From contig NZ_CP047960.1 of the NCBI RefSeq assembly GCF_014280195.1, positions 270,001 to 302,000 of the forward strand: a stretch of DNA of 32,000 nt, written 5' to 3'. A model generated the notes under the pieces. That model saw nothing but the letters and a program-made list of their open reading frames with translations, was not told where the DNA came from and made no database searches. Made by a program: the position numbers and the translations under genes. Of the stretch, positions 25,531 to 32,000 are shown piece by piece; within the stretch, counting starts at the first letter, position 1, and every line of letters starts with the position of its first letter. Source of the stretch: Synechococcus sp. A15-24. Its GTDB lineage: Bacteria; Cyanobacteriota; Cyanobacteriia; PCC-6307; Cyanobiaceae.

Positions 25531-26265
25531 ATGGACTCAGTTACAACCACTCCAGACGATCGCCGCCGGTGCCGGGTTCTCGGAATCCCCGTGGATGCCT
25601 GCCGTGATGTTCAGGCAGCTGCCATCGGGCTGCACGCCCGTGGTGGTGGTCGCATCGTCACCCTCAACGCTGAGATGACGATGACGGCTCGCAGCTTGCC
25701 GGAGCTTGGCCACGCCATCGAGGGGGCAGACCTGGTGATCCCTGATGGTGCTGGAGTGGTTTGGGCGCTGGCCCGGCAACGGGTCAGCGTGGTGAAGACC
25801 GCCGGCATCGAACTGGCCTGGACGCTCCTCGAATACGCCGCAGCGCACAGCTGGAGAGTGGCTCTCGTGGGCGCAGCGCCTGCTGTGATGGACAGCCTTC
25901 GTAAATCGCTGCCCCAACGCATTCCAGGCCTGAACCTAGTCATGGCAGTGGATGGCTACCAGGCTGCAGATGCCTGGGATGGCGTCGAAGCCGAACTCCA
26001 TCAGCTCAATCCCGATCTGGTCTTGGTTGCCCTGGGTGTTCCTCGTCAGGAAACCTGGTCGGAACGGTTGAGTGAAAGCCGAGCAGGACTCTGGATGGGG
26101 GTCGGCGGCAGCTTCGATGTCTGGGCTGGCGTCAAGAGGCGAGCTCCGGCATGGATGTGCCGCTATCGCATTGAGTGGCTGTATCGCCTGATTCAGGAGC
26201 CCAGTCGCTGGAGGCGAATGCTGTCTCTGCCTGCCTTCGCCTGGGCTGTCTTGCGGGGTGGCTGA
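25531..26265 (+). CDS. WecB/TagA/CpsF-family glycosyltransferase
   Basis: Motifs LGIPVD, IVTLNAEM, DLVIPDGAGVVWA, ALGVPRQETW and GVGGSFDVWAG...RAPAWM...EWLYRLIQEPSRWRRM are present. Confidence 0.88.
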   Translation: MDSVTTTPDDRRRCRVLGIPVDACRDVQAAAIGLHARGGGRIVTLNAEMTMTARSLPELGHAIEGADLVIPDGAGVVWALARQRVSVVKTAGIELAWTLLEYAAAHSWRVALVGAAPAVMDSLRKSLPQRIPGLNLVMAVDGYQAADAWDGVEAELHQLNPDLVLVALGVPRQETWSERLSESRAGLWMGVGGSFDVWAGVKRRAPAWMCRYRIEWLYRLIQEPSRWRRMLSLPAFAWAVLRGG

Positions 26266-26409
26266 TCAGCGGAAACCAACGGAGGCCTGCCAGACAAAGG
26301 CCAGAAGCAGGAAGAAGACCGGGATCAGCGGAAGGATGTCGATCAACGGTGAGAAGGCCTGATAGGCCTCGGGCAGCTGTGCCAGCAGGTCGTGGGTGAA
26401 GGCGGCCAT
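26266..26409 (-). CDS. psbK: Photosystem II reaction centre protein K
   Basis: I translated this 47-aa ORF by hand, since it is not in the track: [47 protein letters not shown]. It matches the conserved PsbK pattern (LPEAY..F.PL.D.LP.IP..F..LAFVWQA.VGFR). Confidence 0.9.
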   Translation of the reverse strand: MAAFTHDLLAQLPEAYQAFSPLIDILPLIPVFFLLLAFVWQASVGFR

Positions 26410-26440
26410 CCCTAGTATTCAAAAGGCGTTGGGCTGGACG

Positions 26441-27562
26441 CTACCACGTGTGATGGGCTGGTGAGTCCGGCTCCCAGGGAGCGAAATCCTCTGAAAAGCA
26501 GCCATCCCGGATTGCCTTGGATATCGCAGTGGTGAAGCGCAGGAGATGGGTGATGTTGTGGAGGCTCAGCAGGGTGAGTCCGAGCAATTCCTCACTGCGG
26601 ATCAGATGGTTCAGGTATGCCCTGGTATGCCCTCCGCTGCATGTGGGACAGGGGCAGGACGGGTCCAGGGGTGTGTGGTCATGGCGGAAACGCGCATTGC
26701 GCAGGTTCCAGCGTTCACCACCTACGAGGGCTGTGCCATGACGGCCGAGCCGGGTGGGGAGAACGCAATCGAAGAGGTCGATGCCGCTGGCCACGGCCAC
26801 GGCCATCTCCCGCAATGTGCCGATGCCCATCAAGTAGCGCGGTTTGTGTGTCGGGAGCAGCGGTGTGACGTCTCGCACGATCCGGTGCATCTCCTCCACC
26901 GGTTCGCCCACGCTGACCCCACCAACAGCAATTCCCGGCAGGTCGAAATCGGCGACGGCCCGCGCACTCTCCCGGCGCAAATGGGGAAAACATCCGCCCT
27001 GCACGATGCCGAAAAGGGCCTGGTTGTCGCGGCTGTGGGCTTCGACGCAGCGGGCCAGCCAGGCATGGGTGCGCCGGCAGGCATCGATTACATCGTTTTC
27101 GGTGGCCGTATAAGGAGGGCACTGATCAAAGGCCATCGCTACGTCAGCCCCGAGGGCCATCTGAATCTGCGTGGCGTGCTCCGGGGTCATGTCGATGATC
27201 CGGCCGTCCCGGGGGTTGCGGAAGACAACGCCGCGGTCATCGATTTTGTTCAGGTCTCCAAGGCTGAACACCTGAAAGCCGCCGGAGTCGGTGAGCATCG
27301 GACCGTCCCACCCCATAAAACGGTGCAACCCCCCGGCGGCCGCAACGATCTCCTCGCCGGGCTGAAGGTGCAGGTGATAAGTGTTGGACAGAACCATCTG
27401 TGCCCCGGTGCGGGCGAGCTGGTCCGTGCTGATCCCTTTGACAGTGGCCAGGGTGCCAACGGGCATGAAGCGGGGCGTGTGCACCGGTCCATGGGGTGTG
27501 TGAAAACAGCCGCAGCGGGCAGCGGTGTTGGCGCAATGGGCGCTGATCTCGAAGCCGAACAA
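26441..27562 (-). CDS. tgt: Queuine tRNA-ribosyltransferase
   Basis: Motifs [21 protein letters not shown] and [11 protein letters not shown] are present, along with the zinc site [18 protein letters not shown]. Confidence 0.95.
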   Translation of the reverse strand: MFGFEISAHCANTAARCGCFHTPHGPVHTPRFMPVGTLATVKGISTDQLARTGAQMVLSNTYHLHLQPGEEIVAAAGGLHRFMGWDGPMLTDSGGFQVFSLGDLNKIDDRGVVFRNPRDGRIIDMTPEHATQIQMALGADVAMAFDQCPPYTATENDVIDACRRTHAWLARCVEAHSRDNQALFGIVQGGCFPHLRRESARAVADFDLPGIAVGGVSVGEPVEEMHRIVRDVTPLLPTHKPRYLMGIGTLREMAVAVASGIDLFDCVLPTRLGRHGTALVGGERWNLRNARFRHDHTPLDPSCPCPTCSGGHTRAYLNHLIRSEELLGLTLLSLHNITHLLRFTTAISKAIRDGCFSEDFAPWEPDSPAHHTW

Positions 27563-27591
27563 GGCAAGGACCCCCCTGTCTCGACCCTACG

Positions 27592-28353
27592 GTGAGACCA
27601 GGACCGTGCAACAGAGCCATCGCCCGGAGCGTTTCCCCCTGGTTGTCCGATCTGGCGGGGGCCTGGATCTTCTACAGCGTCCTGCCTGCCTGGCCTTGGC
27701 CGTCACCCCGGTTTCAACGCATTGCCCGATTCGCCTCCTGGATCGGTTTGGTGATCGGTGCGATACAGGCGCTGCTCTGCTGGGGACTGCTTCAGCTCGG
27801 CTGGACCATGAGCGCTGCGGCGCCCATGGTGATCGCCCTCGGCATCTGGCTCAGCGGCGGGCTGCATCACGACGGAGTGATGGACACGGCAGATGGTCTG
27901 GCCGCTGGCCCGGAGCGTTGTCTTGAGGCGATGGAGGACAGCCGTGTGGGGGCCAGCGGTGTGCTGGCCCTGGTCATAGTGCTGATGCTGCAGCTGGGCG
28001 CTTTGGTCCAGCTCGGTTCGGCCGCGCCAGCGGCCCTGGTGACGGTCGGTGTCTGGAGCCGTGTGGCACCGCTCTGGGCGATGGCCCGATTTCCTTATTT
28101 ACGCCGCGACGGTACGGCCGGCTTTCATCGCCGCCATGGACGCCCCCGCTGGGATGCCCTCCCCAGCGGAGTTGTGCTGCTGATTCTCTGCCTGGTGCTG
28201 AATCCGGTGATGCTGTTAGCCGGGGCTCCCGTTGCGCTGGTGGTCGCAGAGGGCCTCGGTCGGCGCCTGGGGGGGCACACCGGCGATAGTTATGGCGCCG
28301 TCCTGGTGCTGACGGAAACGTTCACGTTGGTGCTTCTGGCTCTGACCAGGTGA
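27592..28353 (+). CDS. cobS: Adenosylcobinamide-GDP ribazoletransferase (cobalamin synthase)
   Basis: It is a polytopic membrane protein with GGLHHDGVMDTADG and LGGHTGDSYGA. There is no in-frame ATG near the 5' end. The start is GTG 27592 or TTG 27643. Confidence 0.85.
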   Translation: MRPGPCNRAIARSVSPWLSDLAGAWIFYSVLPAWPWPSPRFQRIARFASWIGLVIGAIQALLCWGLLQLGWTMSAAAPMVIALGIWLSGGLHHDGVMDTADGLAAGPERCLEAMEDSRVGASGVLALVIVLMLQLGALVQLGSAAPAALVTVGVWSRVAPLWAMARFPYLRRDGTAGFHRRHGRPRWDALPSGVVLLILCLVLNPVMLLAGAPVALVVAEGLGRRLGGHTGDSYGAVLVLTETFTLVLLALTR

Positions 28354-29476
28354 GATGGAAGGCATTCCCTTGCTGGGGAAGCTCTGCCGCTAAGCAAGAC
28401 GGCTCAACGCAGAGCTCAAGAGTCCCGCCATCGTTTTCTGCCAGCTGACGGGCCAGGGCGAGCCCGAGTCCGGTGCCCGGACGGTCACGACCCCGCTGGC
28501 CCCGCACCCCTTCCTGGAAAATCGCGTCTCGTTCATCGGCGTCGATCGGCGGGCCTTCATCCCAGATGCACAGACCATCGGGCAGAGCCATCAGACCAAT
28601 GGCCGACCCCGAGGGGCTGTAGCGGAAAGCATTTTCAAGAAGGTTGGCCACGATCTCCGCTGTGGCTGCGACCCGTGCCGATTCAGTGGCCCAGGCGGGC
28701 CAGTTGTCAGGCCCATGCCAAGGCCGCCCTTGCAGCGTGGCCATGGCCTTGGCCCGCTCGATCAAGGGCATCAACTGCTGTTGAAGGCTGGTGCCCACAG
28801 CACTGCTGTCCGGGGGAAGCATCAAGGGGGCAGGCTCCGGCTGACGTCCACTCAGGGCCGGTTGGCCGATGCTGTCGAGGGCATTGACGTAGCGATTGAG
28901 CTGGTTCTGCTCCGCCAGCATTCCCTCAACAAGTGGTCGATGTTCGCTGCTGCTCTCCAGACGCCGCAGCAGCAACTGGGCGTAGGTCCGCAGCGCTGAC
29001 AGGGGATTCCGCAGCTGATGAACCATGGTGCGCAGCTGGGACTGCTTTTGTTCCAGGGCGTTGCGCAGCTGAAGGCATTCGATATCTCGCGCCAACCCAT
29101 GACTGAGGGCAGCGGCGGTATCGCGCAGTTGCTGGTCCCGTTGCGGGTCCCACGCTTCGGCGGGGACAAGATCGGCGCGCAGGGCCCCAAGGATCAGTTC
29201 CCCATCGCGTAGGGGGTACCAGCGGCGTTCCTGAGCTGGACGCCTCAGCTCGGGATCGGCATCGGCGGGGGGGAGTGTTCGTTCAGCAGCCGAGAGCTGT
29301 CGAATCAGAACAAGGGGTGGTTGGTCCTTGTCTCCTGCCTGGCTGAAATAAAGGGCGAGATGCTGGAAGCAGCGGTTGCGGTTCAGTTGCTCCAGCTGTT
29401 GATCCGCAAAAGTCAGGAACGGTTCCGTCAGCTGCAATGGGCCTGGTGGGCGGATGGACACAGAACCAAGGAGCAA
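28322..29476 (-). CDS. Soluble sensor histidine kinase with an N-terminal GAF-like domain (Hik2/CSK-like, tentative)
   Basis: It has the H-box HQLRNPLSALRTYAQLL, an N-box region (IVANLLENAFRYS), and the G-box GTGLGLALARQLAENDGG. There are no TM segments and no adjacent response regulator. The start is non-ATG (TTG 29476 or GTG 29461). Confidence 0.8.
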   Translation of the reverse strand: MLLGSVSIRPPGPLQLTEPFLTFADQQLEQLNRNRCFQHLALYFSQAGDKDQPPLVLIRQLSAAERTLPPADADPELRRPAQERRWYPLRDGELILGALRADLVPAEAWDPQRDQQLRDTAAALSHGLARDIECLQLRNALEQKQSQLRTMVHQLRNPLSALRTYAQLLLRRLESSSEHRPLVEGMLAEQNQLNRYVNALDSIGQPALSGRQPEPAPLMLPPDSSAVGTSLQQQLMPLIERAKAMATLQGRPWHGPDNWPAWATESARVAATAEIVANLLENAFRYSPSGSAIGLMALPDGLCIWDEGPPIDADERDAIFQEGVRGQRGRDRPGTGLGLALARQLAENDGGTLELCVEPSCLAAELPQQGNAFHLTWSEPEAPT

Positions 29477-29489
29477 TGATTAAGGGGAC

Positions 29490-29517
29490 TTGAAAATTCT
29501 GGGAAAAGTCTTAAGAT
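29490..29517 (+). promoter_or_regulatory. Candidate sigma70-type promoter TTGAAA-N16-TAAGAT
   Basis: The -35 element TTGAAA is at 29490-29495, followed by a 16-nt spacer and the -10 element TAAGAT at 29512-29517. It lies in the lowest-GC stretch of the window. The predicted TSS is about 29524. Confidence 0.4.
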
Positions 29518-29811
29518 CCATTTATTGACCGAGGCGATGTTCGTCAAGAGCAGACGCCCGCCAACCCTTGTATCGGTTGCATTTCTGATGCGACCAAAGT
29601 TACAGCAGAGGCTGAAGCGTTCTCTGCTGGGTGCCGAATCCGGCATTGCTTTGGTGTTGGTGTTCTTTTGATGGTTGTGGGTCGTCCGCAGCCGTTGCAT
29701 GACGCGGTCTGCAGACGCCCCTGCGTCGACCAGCCCCAGGTAATGACGGAGGGTTTCGGCCTCTCCGGTCCCCTTCTCTCTTCCTTTATTCACGTTCACC
29801 GGAGCTCGACC

Positions 29812-30180
29812 ATGTCCAAGAAGCGCAAGCGCATCAGCCGCCGTCGTCTGGCTGGCCAACGGGTCCTTGCCCATGTGTCCACCCATCATCTGGAAACCGG
29901 TGAGTACAAGCCTGTGACGGCTGCACGTCGGTACATCGCTGAGGCCGGTTTGGTGCCTCCTGCGTTGCTCAACGTGCGACGCAATGAGCACACCACCGAT
30001 CGCTTCTTCTGGGGCGAAAAGGGACTGTTCAGCGCCCAGTACGCCGAAGAGAATCACTTCCTCTTCCCGTCCTTGCGCACCATCGTCGATTCGATCGGTG
30101 AAGACACCTTGTTTGAGGGTCTCGATCTCGCTGCCGACGATTGGGAGGAGATGGAAGAGTACGAATACGCGTTCGTTTGA
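29812..30180 (+). CDS. Conserved hypothetical protein with a basic N-terminus and acidic C-terminus
   Basis: ATG 29812 is preceded by GGAG 8 nt upstream. The product, MSKKRKRISRRRLAG...FFWGEKGLF...DDWEEMEEYEYAFV, is 122 aa. I reject the track extension to 29668. Confidence 0.7.
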   Translation: MSKKRKRISRRRLAGQRVLAHVSTHHLETGEYKPVTAARRYIAEAGLVPPALLNVRRNEHTTDRFFWGEKGLFSAQYAEENHFLFPSLRTIVDSIGEDTLFEGLDLAADDWEEMEEYEYAFV

Positions 30181-30181
30181 A

Positions 30182-30751
30182 TCAGGATCCTTTCAAGACC
30201 CTCTTTAGAAACGTCAGCATCGGTTGCACCATCTCTTCAGGGATGGTGTGACCGTTGTCGAATGAGATGGTTTCACAGCGGTCGGATCGGAGCCGTTCAG
30301 TGATGCCGTCCATGGCTGTTGCAGGGACGATCGTGTCCTGCCGGCCGTGCATCACCAGAACTGGCGGGTGTTCATCCGCTGGCTGCCAGTTTGGGTGGGG
30401 ATAGCCACTGCAGGAGATCACACCCGCCAGGGGCAGGCTGCAACCGCTGCTAAGCGCCATGGCGCCCCCCTGGGAAAATCCGAGCAGCACCGTGAGTTCC
30501 ATCGACGGCCCATGACGGGTGATTGCCTTCAGGCGCTCCTGAAGCGCCTCGACGGCTGCTGGGACGGCATCCCAGTCGGCGGGGAAAAGGCCATACCACT
30601 GGCGGCCAGGGGGCTGGGGGTGGAGGTAGGGAGCCGCCAGCGCCACCACCTCCAGAGGAAGATTGATGGCGGCCGCGAGTGATCGTCCAAGGGGTTCCAG
30701 ATCATCCGACGTGGCCCCCCAGCCGTGAAGCAACACCAGGCGGCTGTTCAT
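30182..30751 (-). CDS. alpha/beta hydrolase, phospholipase/carboxylesterase family
   Basis: LLHGWGA, the nucleophile elbow GFSQGGAMA, and the C-terminal MHGRQD...GH catalytic pattern are present. Confidence 0.85.
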   Translation of the reverse strand: MNSRLVLLHGWGATSDDLEPLGRSLAAAINLPLEVVALAAPYLHPQPPGRQWYGLFPADWDAVPAAVEALQERLKAITRHGPSMELTVLLGFSQGGAMALSSGCSLPLAGVISCSGYPHPNWQPADEHPPVLVMHGRQDTIVPATAMDGITERLRSDRCETISFDNGHTIPEEMVQPMLTFLKRVLKGS

Positions 30752-30808
30752 TCGATCCCCCGTAACCCTGCTGCGTAGTTTGGCTCAGGACCCAGTCGTC
30801 ACGAATCC

Positions 30809-32000
30809 ATGGCTCCTTTTGCGCTGCTGAGCGTGTCCGATAAAAACGGCGTTGCGGCGCTGGCGGAGGCGTTGCATCGCACCCATGGTTATGCGCTTCT
30901 GTCCAGTGGTGGGACCGCCAAGGTTCTGGAAGATGCCGGACTTCCGGTGACCCGTGTGTCCGAGCACACCGGCGCACCGGAGATTCTCGGCGGACGGGTG
31001 AAGACCCTGCATCCGAGGGTGCACGGCGGCATCCTCGCCAAACGCGGTGATGACTCCCATCAGGCTGATCTGGAGCAGCAGGGCATCCCCGCCATTGATC
31101 TCGTGGTGGTGAACCTGTACCCGTTCCGGGAAACGGTGGCCCGAGCGGAATTCACCTGGGATCAGGCGATCGAAAACATCGATATCGGAGGTCCGGCGAT
31201 GGTCCGGGCCGCTGCCAAAAATCATGCTGATGTGGCGGTGCTCACCAGCCCGGATCAGTACACATCTGTGCTGGCGGCCATGGCGGAATCGGCCGGTCGT
31301 GTGCCTGCGGACCTACGCCGCCGGCTGGCCCTCGAAGCGTTTCAGCACACCGCGGCCTACGACACCGCCATCAGCCGTTGGATGGCTGGCGAGGTTGAGC
31401 TTGAGAGCAGCCCCTGGCTGGAGGCAGTACCGCTTCGCCAGACCTTGCGTTATGGGGAGAACCCACACCAGAAGGCACGCTGGTTCAGCCATCCCCGTCA
31501 GGGATGGGGAGGAGCGATTCAGCTGCAGGGCAAGGAGCTCAGCACCAACAACCTGTTGGATCTGGAGGCAGCTCTGGCGACGGTTCGTGAGTTTGGTTAC
31601 GGCCCAAACGCCGTCGGCCCCGCCGCTGTGGTGGTGAAGCACACCAACCCCTGTGGTGTGGCCGTGGGACCGGTGGTGGCTTCCGCGCTGACGAGCGCGC
31701 TGGATGCGGATCGCGTCAGTGCGTTCGGCGGCATCGTGGCGATCAACGGAACCGTGGAGGCCGCCGCAGCCCGTGAGCTCACCGGGTTGTTCCTGGAATG
31801 CGTCGTGGCCCCATCCTTCTCCCCGGAAGCCAGGGAAATCCTGGCCGCCAAGGCCAATCTCCGGCTGCTGGAGCTGTCGCCGGATGCGATCGCTGCTGCT
31901 GGTCCAGATCACGTCCGCAGCATCCTCGGGGGACTGCTGGTGCAGGACCTCGATGATCAAGCGATGACCCCTGATCAGTGGACGGTGGCAACCAAGAGGC
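30809..32000 (+). CDS. purH: Bifunctional AICAR transformylase / IMP cyclohydrolase, 3' end cut by the window edge
   Basis: I translated this by hand. The frame is open to the window end, so it is absent from the track: [15 protein letters not shown]...GGTAKVL...[15 protein letters not shown]...VVVNLYPF...[16 protein letters not shown]...[12 protein letters not shown]...SAFGGIVA. Confidence 0.95.
   Translation, partial: MAPFALLSVSDKNGVAALAEALHRTHGYALLSSGGTAKVLEDAGLPVTRVSEHTGAPEILGGRVKTLHPRVHGGILAKRGDDSHQADLEQQGIPAIDLVVVNLYPFRETVARAEFTWDQAIENIDIGGPAMVRAAAKNHADVAVLTSPDQYTSVLAAMAESAGRVPADLRRRLALEAFQHTAAYDTAISRWMAGEVELESSPWLEAVPLRQTLRYGENPHQKARWFSHPRQGWGGAIQLQGKELSTNNLLDLEAALATVREFGYGPNAVGPAAVVVKHTNPCGVAVGPVVASALTSALDADRVSAFGGIVAINGTVEAAAARELTGLFLECVVAPSFSPEAREILAAKANLRLLELSPDAIAAAGPDHVRSILGGLLVQDLDDQAMTPDQWTVATKR

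Noticed and set aside
27563-27591. Cobalamin riboswitch upstream of cobS
   Set aside because: The intergenic gap is only 29 nt, far too short for a B12 element, and no B12-box is seen.
26546-27595. 349-aa plus-strand ORF, antisense to tgt
   Set aside because: tgt is unambiguous, with its zinc site and catalytic motifs. The antisense ORF has no motifs.
29668-29811. N-terminal 48-codon extension of the 122-aa conserved protein
   Set aside because: ATG 29812 has a GGAG at the proper spacing. The extension overlaps the structured T-rich region and has poor coding character.
30752-30808. ZTP (pfl) riboswitch upstream of purH
   Set aside because: The gap is only 57 nt and is shared with a divergent gene. 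I could not find the conserved ZTP core or pseudoknot sequences.
1-32000. CRISPR arrays, transposases, integrases, phage genes and rRNA
   Set aside because: I saw no spaced direct repeats and no DDE or tyrosine-recombinase-like ORFs. The accessory-looking operon at 9411-14242 has no flanking mobility genes, and I could recognise no direct repeats around it.

Overview
This 32 kb window is about 60% GC and densely packed, with almost no intergenic space. Gene content and order look like a marine picocyanobacterial (Synechococcus subcluster 5.1-like) chromosome. That assignment is inferred from psbK, cobS, tgt, purH, fabI, hisB and the carotenoid oxygenase, not from any search. Most of the window is core housekeeping:
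- NUDIX hydrolase, photolyase, DegT aminotransferase, a thioredoxin-fold protein, fabI, hisB, carotenoid oxygenase
- rdgB, a phosphohexomutase, a TM0106 RecB-like nuclease, ygfZ, pyrE, tRNA-Met(CAU)
- a CNNM/CorC-type CBS protein, a Gfo/Idh/MocA oxidoreductase, a 1,062-1,073 aa GH15/phosphorylase-kinase-alpha/beta-like protein, a WecG/TagA glycosyltransferase
- psbK (too short for the ORF track), tgt, cobS, a soluble GAF histidine kinase, a small conserved protein, an esterase and purH

The most interesting region is 9411-14242 on the minus strand. It is a tightly coupled four-gene operon: SABATH-type SAM methyltransferase, Leu/Phe/Val-type amino-acid dehydrogenase, sarcosine-oxidase-like flavoenzyme, BCCT transporter. 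It sits between core genes and looks like an uncharacterised pathway for a methylated zwitterionic solute. Its oxidase gene is broken by a 1-nt frameshift that lies exactly inside a perfect 18-bp inverted repeat.

Other notable items:
- a split, order-swapped photolyase-like gene pair with an Fe-S-type cysteine motif (4227-5579)
- a decayed ORF next to the tRNA
- a near-consensus promoter followed by a structured leader, sRNA or micro-ORF (29490-29671)
- a Cys-rich insertion in the DegT enzyme

I saw no CRISPR array, transposase, integrase or rRNA. All family calls rest on motifs I read in the translations. Start codons are often uncertain by a few codons.
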